Source: a virus (taxonomy: Duplodnaviria; Heunggongvirae; Uroviricota; Caudoviricetes). Taken from it: a stretch of 64,000 nt of DNA. The notes below the pieces were generated by a model that saw only the letters and a program-made list of their open reading frames with translations, made no database searches and was not told the origin of the DNA. Position 1 is the stretch's first letter; each line of letters starts with the position of its first letter. The stretch lies in IMG/VR virus record IMGVR_UViG_3300025913_000018. One strand, 5' to 3'. Position numbers and translations under genes: made by a program. Positions 38,870 to 49,874 of the stretch are shown piece by piece.

Positions 38870-41800
38870 AGTACCTCCTCCGGACGCCGAACGGGTGGCT
38901 CGGGTTCGACTACGTCTACGAGCACCCGACGACCGGGGCTCGGTTCGAGATCGAGACCCGCCACATCCCTCACCGGGACTCCGTCGGCCAGTTCGAGAAC
39001 TTCACGGAGGGCGGGGCCGAGACGTGGAGTCGGGCGAAGGGCTCCGAGAAGAACGCGGGCGTGTTCTCGTCTCCAGATCCGAAGTGGAGCGAGGCTCGGG
39101 TCGAGCGGGACCGGATCGCGAGCGGAGGCCTCCCCGCGGTCCACGATTCGATCGGGGACGAGTTCGTCGTGGGGATGCACCGGGCGGCTCTCCTCGACAC
39201 CCACGAGGAGAGGACCGCGGCATGAACGATTTCGAGAAGCCCAAAGGCGAGCCGGGGTCCCCTCCCGTTCTCCACACCCCGGCCGAGGAAGCTCTCTGGG
39301 CCGAGATCTTCTCGCGGACTCTCGCCGCTTTGCTGGCGAACAACAATCCCTACGCGGAGTCGATGGCTCAGCGCTACACGGACCGGGCGGTCTGTGCGAT
39401 CTTCGAGAGGCGCCAGAAGATCGACTACACGACGCCGCCCGATGAAGTGTAGCGCCAAGGCTGAGATCTCGAAGCCGTTGGTGCGGGGTCCGTACTTCCG
39501 ACCTTGCCCCAACTCCGCGAAGGTCGAGCGAGACGGGAAGCCCTACTGCGGGGTCCACGACCCGGAGCGACTCGCCGGGATACGGCGCCTCGCGAAACGA
39601 CGTTGGTACATGAAGCGTGGACTTCCCGTCCCGGAGTAAAGGCTCCTATGAATCTTGAACCGGATCATGTCAGGAAGTACGGGCTCGCTGCCCAAGCGGT
39701 GGTATGTAGCGAGAACACCTACATCCTGGTCGCGCTAGACCCAAACGTGAGCGCCCCCTTAGGCTTGGGGGATACGCTGGTGATCGAATTGAACGGTTGG
39801 GTGAAGCCCCGTCGTTCGATCACCTTTTCGAGAGGCCTCTCGGACGGAGAAGTCTTCGACGCACTTCTCCGTCGGATGGGAGAGGGGACCGTCTTGGAAG
39901 ACCTGATGGCTCTCTGTAAGGCCATCCTTCATTTCGAGGCCACCGCCTCCTACAGGGCGGGATGATGGTCACTTGGAAGTTCGCGGGCGCCGAGTCGGAC
40001 GAGGCTGGGTGGTGGACGATGAAGGTCGGCCTGAACCCGGACGGGACGCGTGTGGTCGAGAAGGTTCGGTTCTTCCCCCACTCCCGTCTCTCCCCCGGTT
40101 CGGCTCGATTCGCGGCTCACTGCGCCGCCTTCGATCTCGCCGAGAAGGAAGGGCTCCAGCGATTGGAAACGCCCGGAGAGGTGTAAGGTTGGTATGCTCG
40201 ATACGTCGTTCCACGAGAGTCCCGAGGGCTTCAAGTTCACCGTCGAAGTCCCGGCCCGAGTCGTCCACGTCTCTCGGAGCCGAGACCCTGGTGCCCGACT
40301 CCGGGTTCGGTTCGAAACACCGGTGATGTTCCCCGAACCGCCTCCCGAGCGGAAGGGCCTGATCAAGCGTTTCTCTTCGCGTATCGAGGGCTTCCTCGAC
40401 GAGAACATGGTGAGAGATCTCGCAGAAGCGGCTCGCCGTTGGCCGATGGATCCGGCGGTCGGTCTCTGGTACGCGATCGCGAAGGTCTACGTCGAGATCG
40501 ACGTCCTGAAGGCGCGCTTCGAGAACGACAGCGATCGAATCTACAGCGACCGCATCCTCGGGTTCCGCTCTCCCTCGGAGTGGGACCTCTCACTCTTCGA
40601 TCCGAAAGACGTCCCGTGAAGAAGATCGAAACGAAAGCCCCGGACCCGAACTGCCCCAAGTGCAAGGGCTCGGGTCTCTCCCCGCTGAAGTCGATGCCCT
40701 CGGTTTCGGCGAACTGTTCCTGTACGATCGTTCTTCCTCCGAAGCCCTCGACCGAAGAGGTCTTGGACCTGGCTCGAAAGATCGGTGAGGCCGGGGACTT
40801 CGAGATGGCCGAGGCGAGTGAGCTGGAAGGGCTCGCGACCGAGGCGGATCAGATCTGCGATGCTCTCGAAGAGATCTTGAGTATCCGAATCTCCTTCCTC
40901 TCCGACGAGTCGAGCTTCAGCGACTTCCGGCCTCGGGAAGGAACCGCGGAGGACTACTACCAGAAGATCTCCGCGAAGCTCGGAGTCCCCATCGGTCCCT
41001 CGGACTCGGTGGTCGAGGTCGCCCGTCGCCTCCAGAAGGCGAAGCTGATCTGATGTCTCGCAAGTTCGAGGTTGGTGACCTGGTCGAGGAGTCTGGAGAG
41101 GGTCGCGGACGCTTCTGGCGTATCGCCTTCGTCTCCGACGAAGCCGGGTTCCTGATTCTGGCGAACGGTTCGGGGTACTCGGTCGGTTGGAAGCCGTTCT
41201 CGAAGATGACCCTCGCTACCGACGCCCTGAAGGGACGGATCATGGAGCTGGAGGCTCAGCTTCGCGGCGCTCGGAACGAGCTTCGAGCGATCGAGAAGAA
41301 CCCCACCGGATACACCCAGCCCAAGAAACGGAAGCTCGTCCAAGAGTAGCCCAATGCCTCAGGTCTTGAAGAACGGTCTCGCGAAGCCGAAGCTCTACGC
41401 TACGGTGACTTGCCACAATTGCAAGTCGGTGATCAAGTTTGAACGCGAGGAAGTCCAAGACCGAAACCACGTGGACTGTCCAGTGTGCAAGGCCTATCTT
41501 TCCTCGTACATGGACCCCTGGCTTCCGGAAGAACCGTCGAAGACCGAATGACCGCTGCGCTCCGACTTCGGATCGGGAACAAGCCCGGGTTCAGTCTCCG
41601 AGTGAAGGCGCCTACGCTGACTCGTCTCGGAGGGATGAGCCGCATCTTGGACGTCGAGGTCGCGGAGTTCCGGAAGGTCGCGGTCTACTTCTCGTTCCCG
41701 TCGGGGGAGCGGATGTTCGTACTGGAGCCGGGTCCCTTCGCTCGCTTCGGCAACAACGTGTTCTACGTCGAGGGGAACTTCACCGTCGTCGAGAAGATCA

Positions 41801-42896
41801 ACAACTCACGTGCCGCCAACGACGCGTTCGCTCAATTCGTTCCGGAGTAAGGGAAGGATGACTTCCCAAGACGAGACAAAAGGCTCCGGCTCTGTGTGCG
41901 GGGCGCAGATGGGCGGGAACGGGGTCTGTCGCCTTCGCGACGACCACCCAGGTCCGTGTACCTCCAGCGAGCCTCCGGACCGTCCGGTCCAGCCTACAAC
42001 AGTCGCCCCCGCCCGAGTTCTTTCGACCCGAGAGGAGAGGATCGCAAGGTACGCGACGATGGACCCGCTCTACCTCGCTCGCCTTCTCGTTGGGCGAGAG
42101 GACGCAGAGGCCGAGGAAAGTCCGTACCACGGGCCGAATCCCTTCTCGACGAACCCGGACTGCACCCCGCCCAATCCTTGCGGGGAGTGCTGGGAGTGCA
42201 ACCACGACATCCTTCCGCCCCCGGGCGCCGAGCCCTGGGTTCGAAATTGGGGACCACGATGATCGTCTCCGAAGTCTCCGACCTCTACGATCCGTCGTGT
42301 TCGCTCGACGCGAACCACCAGCACCTGAAGCATGTCTTCGAGGGGTACCGAGCCTTCGGGCTCGGAGAACCGAAGAGCGCCAACCCCTACTCGAAGGGAA
42401 GTCCTCGGTGGGCCTCGTGGGACGGGGGTTGGCGGTTCGCAGAAGCCGATCAGAAAGGGAAGCACCAATGAGTCACGTAGTGACAACGAGTCGCGTACAT
42501 CGTTCGGGGGACATCCCCATCGTGAGGAAGACGATCGCAGTCGAGGTTCCGGCGGACTTCGAGATCGACGAGGAGGCGGTCGAGTGGATCGAGCACATCA
42601 TCGAGCGCGCCGGTCGGCGCGGCTCGGGCCTCGAAGACGCCGAGGCGGCCGTGATGCAGATCTCGAACCGGAAGGCAGAGACCGACGGGGTAAAGCGAGC
42701 GGTGAGGTTCGTTCGCGATCTCTCGGGGAAGGCCTACGCTGAGGGCGACGACACGAAGGCTCGAACCCTCCGTTCCGTCTCCGATAGTCTCGCCCCGCTC
42801 GTCGCCGAGATGGAGAAGGCCACCGCCGAGTACGAAGATCTCTTCATGACCCGCTACCAACAGGAAGTTCGCGAGCGGAGGAAGGCGAAGCTATGA
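38866..42896 (+). CDS. Run of about 13 coupled small hypothetical genes, several with CxxC or SH3-like motifs
   Basis: Start/stop overlaps at 38866, 39222, 39962, 40616, 41053, 41548, 42259, 42468. Confidence 0.55.
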
Positions 42897-43379
42897 GCTG
42901 GAGTCCGAAAGACCTACAGCTCCCCTCGGACGAGGTCGGGCTTCGTCGAACCCTCCGCAACAGCCTCCGCTTCCGACAGCGGTACGAGCGAGGGACGATG
43001 GGGTGGGCCTCCTCGTTCATCGTCGCTCGCGAGTGCATCCGGCGGATCCGACTCCTCGTGAACTAGGACGATCTCTTCTGGTTCGAGTACCACTTCTGAA
43101 GTCGGTACTCCGAGAGGTCTATGACCTTCGCCGGGACAGCTTCGAAGGGCTCCTCGAAGGCCTTGTGCAAGAGGGCCATCGCGATCCTCCCGTTGGCCTT
43201 CGAGCGAGCCGTCGAGATACAGACGTAGGCGTCGCAGTCCCGACACTTGGCGTGACCCTCTGGGCAGGGCCCACGAGCTACGTGAGTCTCACAGTAGCTC
43301 TGGCTTCCCCCGAAAGGGACGAGGGAAAACTTCCGGCATTGATCACAGGGAGGGAGGCTCATCTCTCGACTTTACGAGG

Positions 43380-43407
43380 GTGTAACGAAGGAACCCTCGC
43401 CCGTTAC
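43380..43407 (+). promoter_or_regulatory. Class I motif GTGTAA-N16-CGTTAC
   Basis: Before ATG 43414. Confidence 0.75.
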
Positions 43408-43605
43408 ACCTACATGAGAACGAATCTAATCCAAGAGTATGTGGAGGCCGAGATCGAGGTTCGAAAGGCCTCGGACCGACTTCGCGTTCTTCGAACGTCC
43501 CTCACTCCCCAGGAACAGGACGCGGGCCTCGCCGAGGCTATCCGCCGCTACCTCGCCCTCAAGGTCGAGGAGGAGAAGGCCGCGAAAACCGAAGATCCCG
43601 GAGGA

Positions 43606-43633
43606 GTGTAAGAACGAGACCCTCGTTCGTTAC
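43606..43633 (+). promoter_or_regulatory. Class I motif GTGTAA-N16-CGTTAC
   Basis: Upstream hexamer is a Val-stop; GGAG and ATG 43653 follow. Confidence 0.75.
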
Positions 43634-43652
43634 ACCCCCGAGGAGACGTCCC

Positions 43653-43970
43653 ATGACGAAGAACGAAGTTCTGGAAGCTCTGACCGCCGCGAAGAACGCC
43701 CCCTATGTTGCGGGCTCGATCTCGGGTTGCGGTCGCGCCTACGTGTGCATCACCAGCTCGAACGATCGTTCGGTCGTGAACGCGGTCGCGACGGCCTGTC
43801 GTCAGCTCGGCCTCCTCTTCGAGCGGAAGGGCCACTACGGCACCGGTAAGAACTCCATCTACATCGGCTACGACAACGCGGACGGCCGGGCTCTCGCTCG
43901 GAGCAAGGTGTTCGCGAAGGTCCTCTCGGATCGGGGAATCCCCGCGTACGACGACGCCGTGAGCGATTGA
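43653..43970 (+). CDS. Hypothetical protein
   Basis: 105 aa. Confidence 0.65.
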   Translation: MTKNEVLEALTAAKNAPYVAGSISGCGRAYVCITSSNDRSVVNAVATACRQLGLLFERKGHYGTGKNSIYIGYDNADGRALARSKVFAKVLSDRGIPAYDDAVSD

Positions 43971-43998
43971 CCCACAACGAAAAGAAGGACCTACCCAC

Positions 43999-44307
43999 AT
44001 GATCGAACGAAAGCCCGTCGAACTCCCCGCCCTCTCGAAGAAGGCCCTGGAAGAACAGAAGTTCTCCCGCATCAACGGAGCCGTTCTTACCCTCCGCGCC
44101 TCGGGCCACGAGGTGAGGACGGTGGACTACACGACCGGCGAGATCTCCTTCATCGTCCGCGAGATGGACGAGATCATGGAGAAGATCCACGAGGAGATCC
44201 GACTCAACCGCAGGATCGAAGCGATCAAGCTCTACCGCGAGCACTACAACGTCGACCTCTCCGAGGCGAAGCGCGTGATCGACCAGATCGGCGGGCTCCG
44301 GAAGTGA
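43999..44307 (+). CDS. Protein with ribosomal L7/L12 C-terminal-like domain
   Basis: RRIEAIKLYREHYNVDLSEAKRVIDQI. Confidence 0.65.
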   Translation: MIERKPVELPALSKKALEEQKFSRINGAVLTLRASGHEVRTVDYTTGEISFIVREMDEIMEKIHEEIRLNRRIEAIKLYREHYNVDLSEAKRVIDQIGGLRK

Positions 44308-44492
44308 GCTTCTTCGTTCGCCTTCGCTTCCGCCTGAAGGCGTGGCTTCTCGGGTGGGACGTTCCCCCGGGCGAGTTCTCGCGCCCGATCGGCCCGCTTC
44401 GCGACTCTCGGGTCTGGGTCTGTACCAACTGCGAAGACCGTTCCCCGCCGTTCGCCTGCCACAAGTGCGGAAGCTCCTTCTGAACCGGGAAG

Positions 44493-44520
44493 GTGTAGAG
44501 ACCATGATGTCGCCCGTTAC
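44493..44520 (+). promoter_or_regulatory. Class I motif GTGTAG-N16-CGTTAC
   Basis: GGAGG and ATG 44540 follow. Confidence 0.75.
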
Positions 44521-44539
44521 CTCTTCGGAGGAAAAGACC

Positions 44540-45121
44540 ATGACCAAAGCCATTTCCCGCGAGGAAGCCGAGAACAACCGCGAGCGCGCCGCGCGTTCGG
44601 CCTTCTACTCGGGGCTGTTCGAGACGATTCGGAAGAAGGGCTCGGTCGCGAGCTTCTCGTCGTCCGACTCGATCCTCGTGAATGGAATCTCGATTCCTCT
44701 GGGGGTGTACCCGGTCATGGAGGGTGGCGGTTCGTTCTTCGTCGGTGGCTGGACCGGGACGCACCAGGCGACCCTTCGCGGCGTCGACAACGGTCGAGGG
44801 AAGAGCGCCAACAAGGTGTGGCGCACTCGGAAGGACGGATGGCGGTTCGATGAGATCGCCGATTGGGTGATCGCTCGGGCCGGGCTGGTCGCTCAGGCGC
44901 GGACGCGCGAGAAGGAAGCTCGGGAGAGCGCGGACGAGATCGCCTCGAACCCCGAGTGGACAGTGCTCGTGAAGAAGGCTCGCCTCATGAACGTCACCCC
45001 CTACCTCTCGCTGGGGAAGGTGAAGTTCACGGTCGAAGGTCTTTCGCTCGAACAGGCGAAGGTCGTGATCGAGGCGCTCTCAACGGTCGTCCCCTCGGAC
45101 GGCTTCGAGGAGATGACGTGA
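44540..45121 (+). CDS. Hypothetical protein
   Basis: Good RBS after class I motif. Confidence 0.65.
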   Translation: MTKAISREEAENNRERAARSAFYSGLFETIRKKGSVASFSSSDSILVNGISIPLGVYPVMEGGGSFFVGGWTGTHQATLRGVDNGRGKSANKVWRTRKDGWRFDEIADWVIARAGLVAQARTREKEARESADEIASNPEWTVLVKKARLMNVTPYLSLGKVKFTVEGLSLEQAKVVIEALSTVVPSDGFEEMT

Positions 45122-45846
45122 ACCCGCGCTACCTCGCCTACTGTCTCGCTCACGCTCGTACTCCCGATGAGATGAGAGAGGCCGATAGCGAGGACTGGCC
45201 TGGCGGTAAGATGACCGGCTTTATCTTGTGGATGAGCCGGCGCTGGTCTCAGTGGGCGAAGCTCCGCGGCTACAACGTCGAACCCGCGAGCGTGCACCGC
45301 ACCGTCCTCACCAACGCCCATCACGCCGACTTCGACGCGTGGCTCGCGACGTTCGCCGCTGACGAGGCGAAGCACGGGCCTCGAAGCTCGTCCGTTACGA
45401 CGTGACGCTATCCTCGGGAGGCCTTCAGCTCCGCCAGGTGTCGCTCGGCCGACTCCAGGAAGGGGCCGGAGACGCCCTTCCGCTTCAGCTCAGAGATCGC
45501 CTTCTTCGCTCGGTCGATCGCGCCACTGATGGCGATCCGAGGGTCTACGTTTCGCCGGAAGGGGGACGCGTGAACCCTCTCCACGGACTTCGTGCAGTGG
45601 AACCCCCCGCACTTCGAACAGAAGTAGGAGCGTTGCCCGAACTTCGCGGCGATCCTTCCCGCCTCGTGCTCCTCGAACCGCGCCTTTGAGTCGCAAGACT
45701 TCCAGGTCATCGTCGAAAACTCCGTCTGACTGTTACTACTCCTAGGGCCTCTACCAGGCCCGTCTACGGCCTCGAAACCGAAACGGGCTCCCGGAGCCCT
45801 GAAGACGCCCGAGCCCTCCTAGGGCTGTCCTGAGCGTAAGGAATGT

Positions 45847-46272
45847 ATGATTCGCAACACCATCCGCGGGGACATCTTTCGTTCGGACGCGAAGCACATC
45901 GCCTTCGCCATCAACTGCGAAGGAACGAACGGGGCCGGCGTCGCCGGGGCGGTCGCTCGGATCTGGCCTGACATCCAGTACACCGGGCCCCTCCCTCTCG
46001 GAACGGTGGTCGTGGGGAAGGATCGCGATCCCCGGAATCCCGGACGGGTGTTCTACGGGCTCGTGGTCCACGGGCTCGGAGACGTCGGGTGGTCCCGGGC
46101 TCCGGAGATGGTCACGAAGTGCCTCGACCTTCTCGACGTTCCGAACGACGAACCGATCGCCTGCGTGTTCATGGGAACCGGTCCGGTCGGGCAGATGATG
46201 GGGGCGGATCCCGAGGCGATTCGTCGAGGGATCGAAGCGTCGGTGAAGACGATCGACCTCTACTCCCTCTGA
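45847..46272 (+). CDS. Macrodomain protein (ADP-ribose binding/hydrolase-like)
   Basis: IRGDIF...HIAFAINCEGTNGAGVAGAV...IACVFMGTG. Confidence 0.75.
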   Translation: MIRNTIRGDIFRSDAKHIAFAINCEGTNGAGVAGAVARIWPDIQYTGPLPLGTVVVGKDRDPRNPGRVFYGLVVHGLGDVGWSRAPEMVTKCLDLLDVPNDEPIACVFMGTGPVGQMMGADPEAIRRGIEASVKTIDLYSL

Positions 46273-47100
46273 CGAGGGGTAAAGCTTCCTCATGGACGAC
46301 GATCGCGATCCAACCCCCGAAGAACTCGACGCTGCCGCGAGGTTCATGGTGGATCGCCCTGGTCACGCCTTCGTCGTACACTCGGCCGGGGTCGAAGAGG
46401 TTCACGGGATCGTCTCCAACCATCCTGGAGCCGTCCACAAGTCCGTGAGACACCCGGGGAGGAACGGGGAGCACGCGCTCGGGAAGGCGATCGTGTCCGC
46501 CGCGAAGTCCTTGGGGTGGACCTTCGACCCGAAGGAGACGAAGCCATGATCGTGAAGGTACTGGGGCTGGCTGAAGGCGAATGCCTTCAACGACAGGCGG
46601 AAACGCTCGACTTGTGGGAAACCCCGGCCAAGCTCCGGAAGATGGCGCGGGTACTGGCGAACCGGTACCTGGGCCTCTGGCACAACGTCGATACCGTTGC
46701 GATCCGTCGGGACGACGACCACAAGATGATCGCGAGGGTGAAAAGGAAGAAGAGCTAGGATGACCGACGAATTGGTAAGGTCCTGGAGGGAGAGAGCGAA
46801 GGCTATCCGCGAGGTGAACGCGGAACTTCCCTCGGACGCCTCGACACGAGAGGCGCTCGCCATCGCCGAGACCCTGACCTCATGCGCGAGAGATCTCGAA
46901 GAGGTCCTCAACCCACCGGCTCGTAGACCCTTCGCTCCGTCCACTCCGGCGCTCGTCGAGGCTATCGAGGCCGGGAACTTCGTCCGAGTCAGCGGCGAGG
47001 TCGAGTGTGTCGTCTGCAACAAGGTCTACTTCGATCATCCTCGGATCGAAGGGTACACATGGCTGTCGCTCCTCTGCGACGACCGGATCGTGAAGCTCTG

Positions 47101-47499
47101 ATGAAGTTCTTCCAGACCGTGATGGAGATCCGAAGCCGAGCCGGGGTCCTCCACTTCCGTCGGTTCGCGATCTTCCAGTTCAGTTGGATCGCCCTCTACA
47201 TCCACACGATCTTCCAACCCGACCGCGACGATCACCTCCACAGTCACCCCTGGAACTTCTTCACCGTCGTCCTTCGGGGCTCCTACATGGCGCTCGGGCG
47301 AAGAGGACGGGAGATGAAGGAGCCCGGTTCGATCTCGTGGATGACCCGAGCAGGCTTCCACAAGATCGAGGAGATCATCCACGGCCCGGTGACGACGCTC
47401 TTCCTCACCGTAGGACGTCCGCAGACCTGGTATTACCTCGTGGACGGGGTAAGGATTGATTCGGACACCTACCGGAAGATCAAGAAGAGGGACCCATGA
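47101..47499 (+). CDS. Cupin-fold protein
   Basis: YIHTIFQPDRDDHLHSHPWNFFTVVLRGSY...FHKI. Confidence 0.7.
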   Translation: MKFFQTVMEIRSRAGVLHFRRFAIFQFSWIALYIHTIFQPDRDDHLHSHPWNFFTVVLRGSYMALGRRGREMKEPGSISWMTRAGFHKIEEIIHGPVTTLFLTVGRPQTWYYLVDGVRIDSDTYRKIKKRDP

Positions 47500-48083
47500 G
47501 AATCGAGGGAGGCCGCAGGGCCGGTCGGACCACCACCAGTCTCCTCCTCTGCGTAGATCTCCTCCTCCAGGGAAGGTCGGTCGTCTACGTCGTCCCGAAC
47601 GCCAGTTCGATTCGATCTGCGAAGGCCTTGGCCCAGAGCGTCCTGTACAACTCGGGGCGAAAGGCTGACCGAACGTCCAACGACGAGATCTGGGTCGGAG
47701 ACGCGTGCCTCAGCTTCTGCGTCACCAATTCTCTCCCCCGGTCTCTCGCGGGTCGAAGCGATGAGGTGATCGTACCCGACCACTTCGCCTTCGAAGACCT
47801 CTTCAATCGCTCGGAAGATCTCCGATCTCAAGTCCCCGAGCTGAAGGGGGAGATACGAAAGCTCCGCGAGTCTCTCGCCGAGGAAAGAGCCCGTACATCC
47901 CTCGCTTGGATCCGTACCCGGAGATTGGAGGAGGAGCTTCTGAACTCCATCCCGAAGTCTGACGTCTCGAAGATCTTCAAAATCTTCGAGACGTCCCTCT
48001 CGTCGCTCTCATCCTTCTCGAAAGAGATGGTCAAGGCGATTCGGAAGATCCGGAAGAAGTTGGACGTGTCTCCCCAGGAGTAA
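47496..48083 (+). CDS. Degenerate terminase/helicase-like P-loop domain plus coiled coil
   Basis: IEGGRRAGRTT...SVVYVVPN...VIVPD. Confidence 0.5.
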   Translation: MRIEGGRRAGRTTTSLLLCVDLLLQGRSVVYVVPNASSIRSAKALAQSVLYNSGRKADRTSNDEIWVGDACLSFCVTNSLPRSLAGRSDEVIVPDHFAFEDLFNRSEDLRSQVPELKGEIRKLRESLAEERARTSLAWIRTRRLEEELLNSIPKSDVSKIFKIFETSLSSLSSFSKEMVKAIRKIRKKLDVSPQE

Positions 48084-48674
48084 GGGGATCCATGGCCCAT
48101 CACCGAGGTCCTTCAGATACCGAGATCCTCGACGGCTGGATCAAGGACAGTCCGCTCACCCCTCAGTTGAAGAGCTGGGCGACGCGAATCGATGGGGCGG
48201 CGAGGACGCTTCCCCTCTTCTGCTCGGCTCACCAGTTCGGGTGCCCAGCCGAGTGCCACATCTCCGGATTCCAATCCGTCATGAACCGAGCGGGAGACCC
48301 GCCCTCTCTTTCGGCCCTTCTAGCCGAACGGTACGGTCTGACGCAGGAGGGGTCGGAAGATCTCCTTCGAGGTCTCGACGCCATCCGGAAGCCGAAGAGC
48401 CCCTGATGCCCCCGAAGAAGAAGCTGGTCAACCTACCGTCGACCCCGCCGCCGGTTCGATCGCCTGAGTTCATGAAGGCGAACGAGCAGTACATCATCGC
48501 GGGCGCCCAGGCGGAGGCTCTTCGCAATTCGGTCCGTACTGCCTTGATCATGGCTGGATTGGATACGACTCCGGAGGCAGTCGCCTATCTATCCAAGAAG
48601 ATGGTCGAGAAGGAGAGGGTCTCCCTCCTCGACGAGATCGAAGGAATGAGGGGGCAGGCGAAGAGAGTCTTCCG

Positions 48675-49097
48675 ATGAGCGAAGAAGTACCAAGAAGGAT
48701 CACCAAGCAAGTCCTCATCGTCCGGAAGGACCTCAACATGAGGAAGGGGAAGATCGCCTCCCAGAGCGCACACGCGTCCCTGAAGGTCTTCCTCGACATG
48801 ATGGTCGAGGAACCTTGCGGACCTTCGGACTGCATCCGCGTCCTCACCTACGAGAAGGGCTCGGCCTTCCAGGATTGGTTGAACGGAGCCTTCACGAAGA
48901 TCACCGTCTCGGTCGATTCGGAAGCTGCGCTCCTAGATCTGGCAGAGAGAGCGAAGACCGCCGGAGTTCCTTCCGCTCTCATTCAGGACAGCGGTCGAAC
49001 CGAGTTCCACGGAGTCCCAACATACACGGTTCTCGCGATCGGGCCCGCCTGGTCGGATCAGATCGACCCTCTCACCGGCGGCCTCCCGCTACTCTGA
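48675..49097 (+). CDS. pth2: Peptidyl-tRNA hydrolase, PTH2 family
   Basis: KQVLIVRKDLNMRKGKIASQSAHAS...KITV...IQDSGRTE...TVLAIGP...IDPLTGGLPLL. Confidence 0.95.
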   Translation: MSEEVPRRITKQVLIVRKDLNMRKGKIASQSAHASLKVFLDMMVEEPCGPSDCIRVLTYEKGSAFQDWLNGAFTKITVSVDSEAALLDLAERAKTAGVPSALIQDSGRTEFHGVPTYTVLAIGPAWSDQIDPLTGGLPLL

Positions 49098-49874
49098 TGC
49101 TGCTTCGAATCATAGACCCCATCGACCGCACTCTGGTCGCTTGGATCCGAATCGACCAGGATGGGGTCGATTACGGAGGAGGGCTCGCGACTGCCTTCCA
49201 CTACTGGACGACTCGGGGGATTCACGAGTGGATCGATCTGGATACGGATCCCCAACCTAGGACCACGAAGATCCACGAGCCGGAGTTCCTCCCTCGGCTC
49301 GCTTCGTACATCCGGAGGCAGAGCGAGTTCATCTGCCTGTTGGAGGAGACGGATGCCTAGGCGCTACAACGTACGTCTCGGCATCCTGCTCGTTTCGAGC
49401 GGGTTGTTCGGTATGGCCTGCCTCTCTCTTCGGTACTTGCCGGAGGAGGTCCAACAGTCTGTCTATCGCTTCGTCTCTTCGCTCGACGCGTATCTCTGCC
49501 CAGCGGCCACCGTCGTATGGTCGGTCTGGATCATCCGCCTCGGGGTGAGGATGATTCGGAAAGGGACCTCAGAATGAGTATCGCAACGCAGAGGGCGAAG
49601 GCCATGGTTCGGTCGCGCGGAGGGGTCGTTTCGGCCGACCAGCTGAAGGACCTCATGGATGCCGGGCTTCAGCCCTCGGTCGCCCGACCGCCTCGGCAGA
49701 CGCTCGACGCCCGGAGCTTCACCGAGGGGATGCAGGAGCAGATCCGTATCGCTTGGGAAGCGAAGAACTACGGACAGGCCGCCTACATCCTCTTCATCTG
49801 GTTGAAGATGTGTCCGGTTCCAGTACCCGAGGCGAAGCCCGAAGTCGCGTAAGGTCTCCCCACGGGAGAGCGCT

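Noticed and set aside
40181-40210. GTGTAA Val-stop as another class I promoter
   Set aside because: No CGTTA at the 16-nt spacing.
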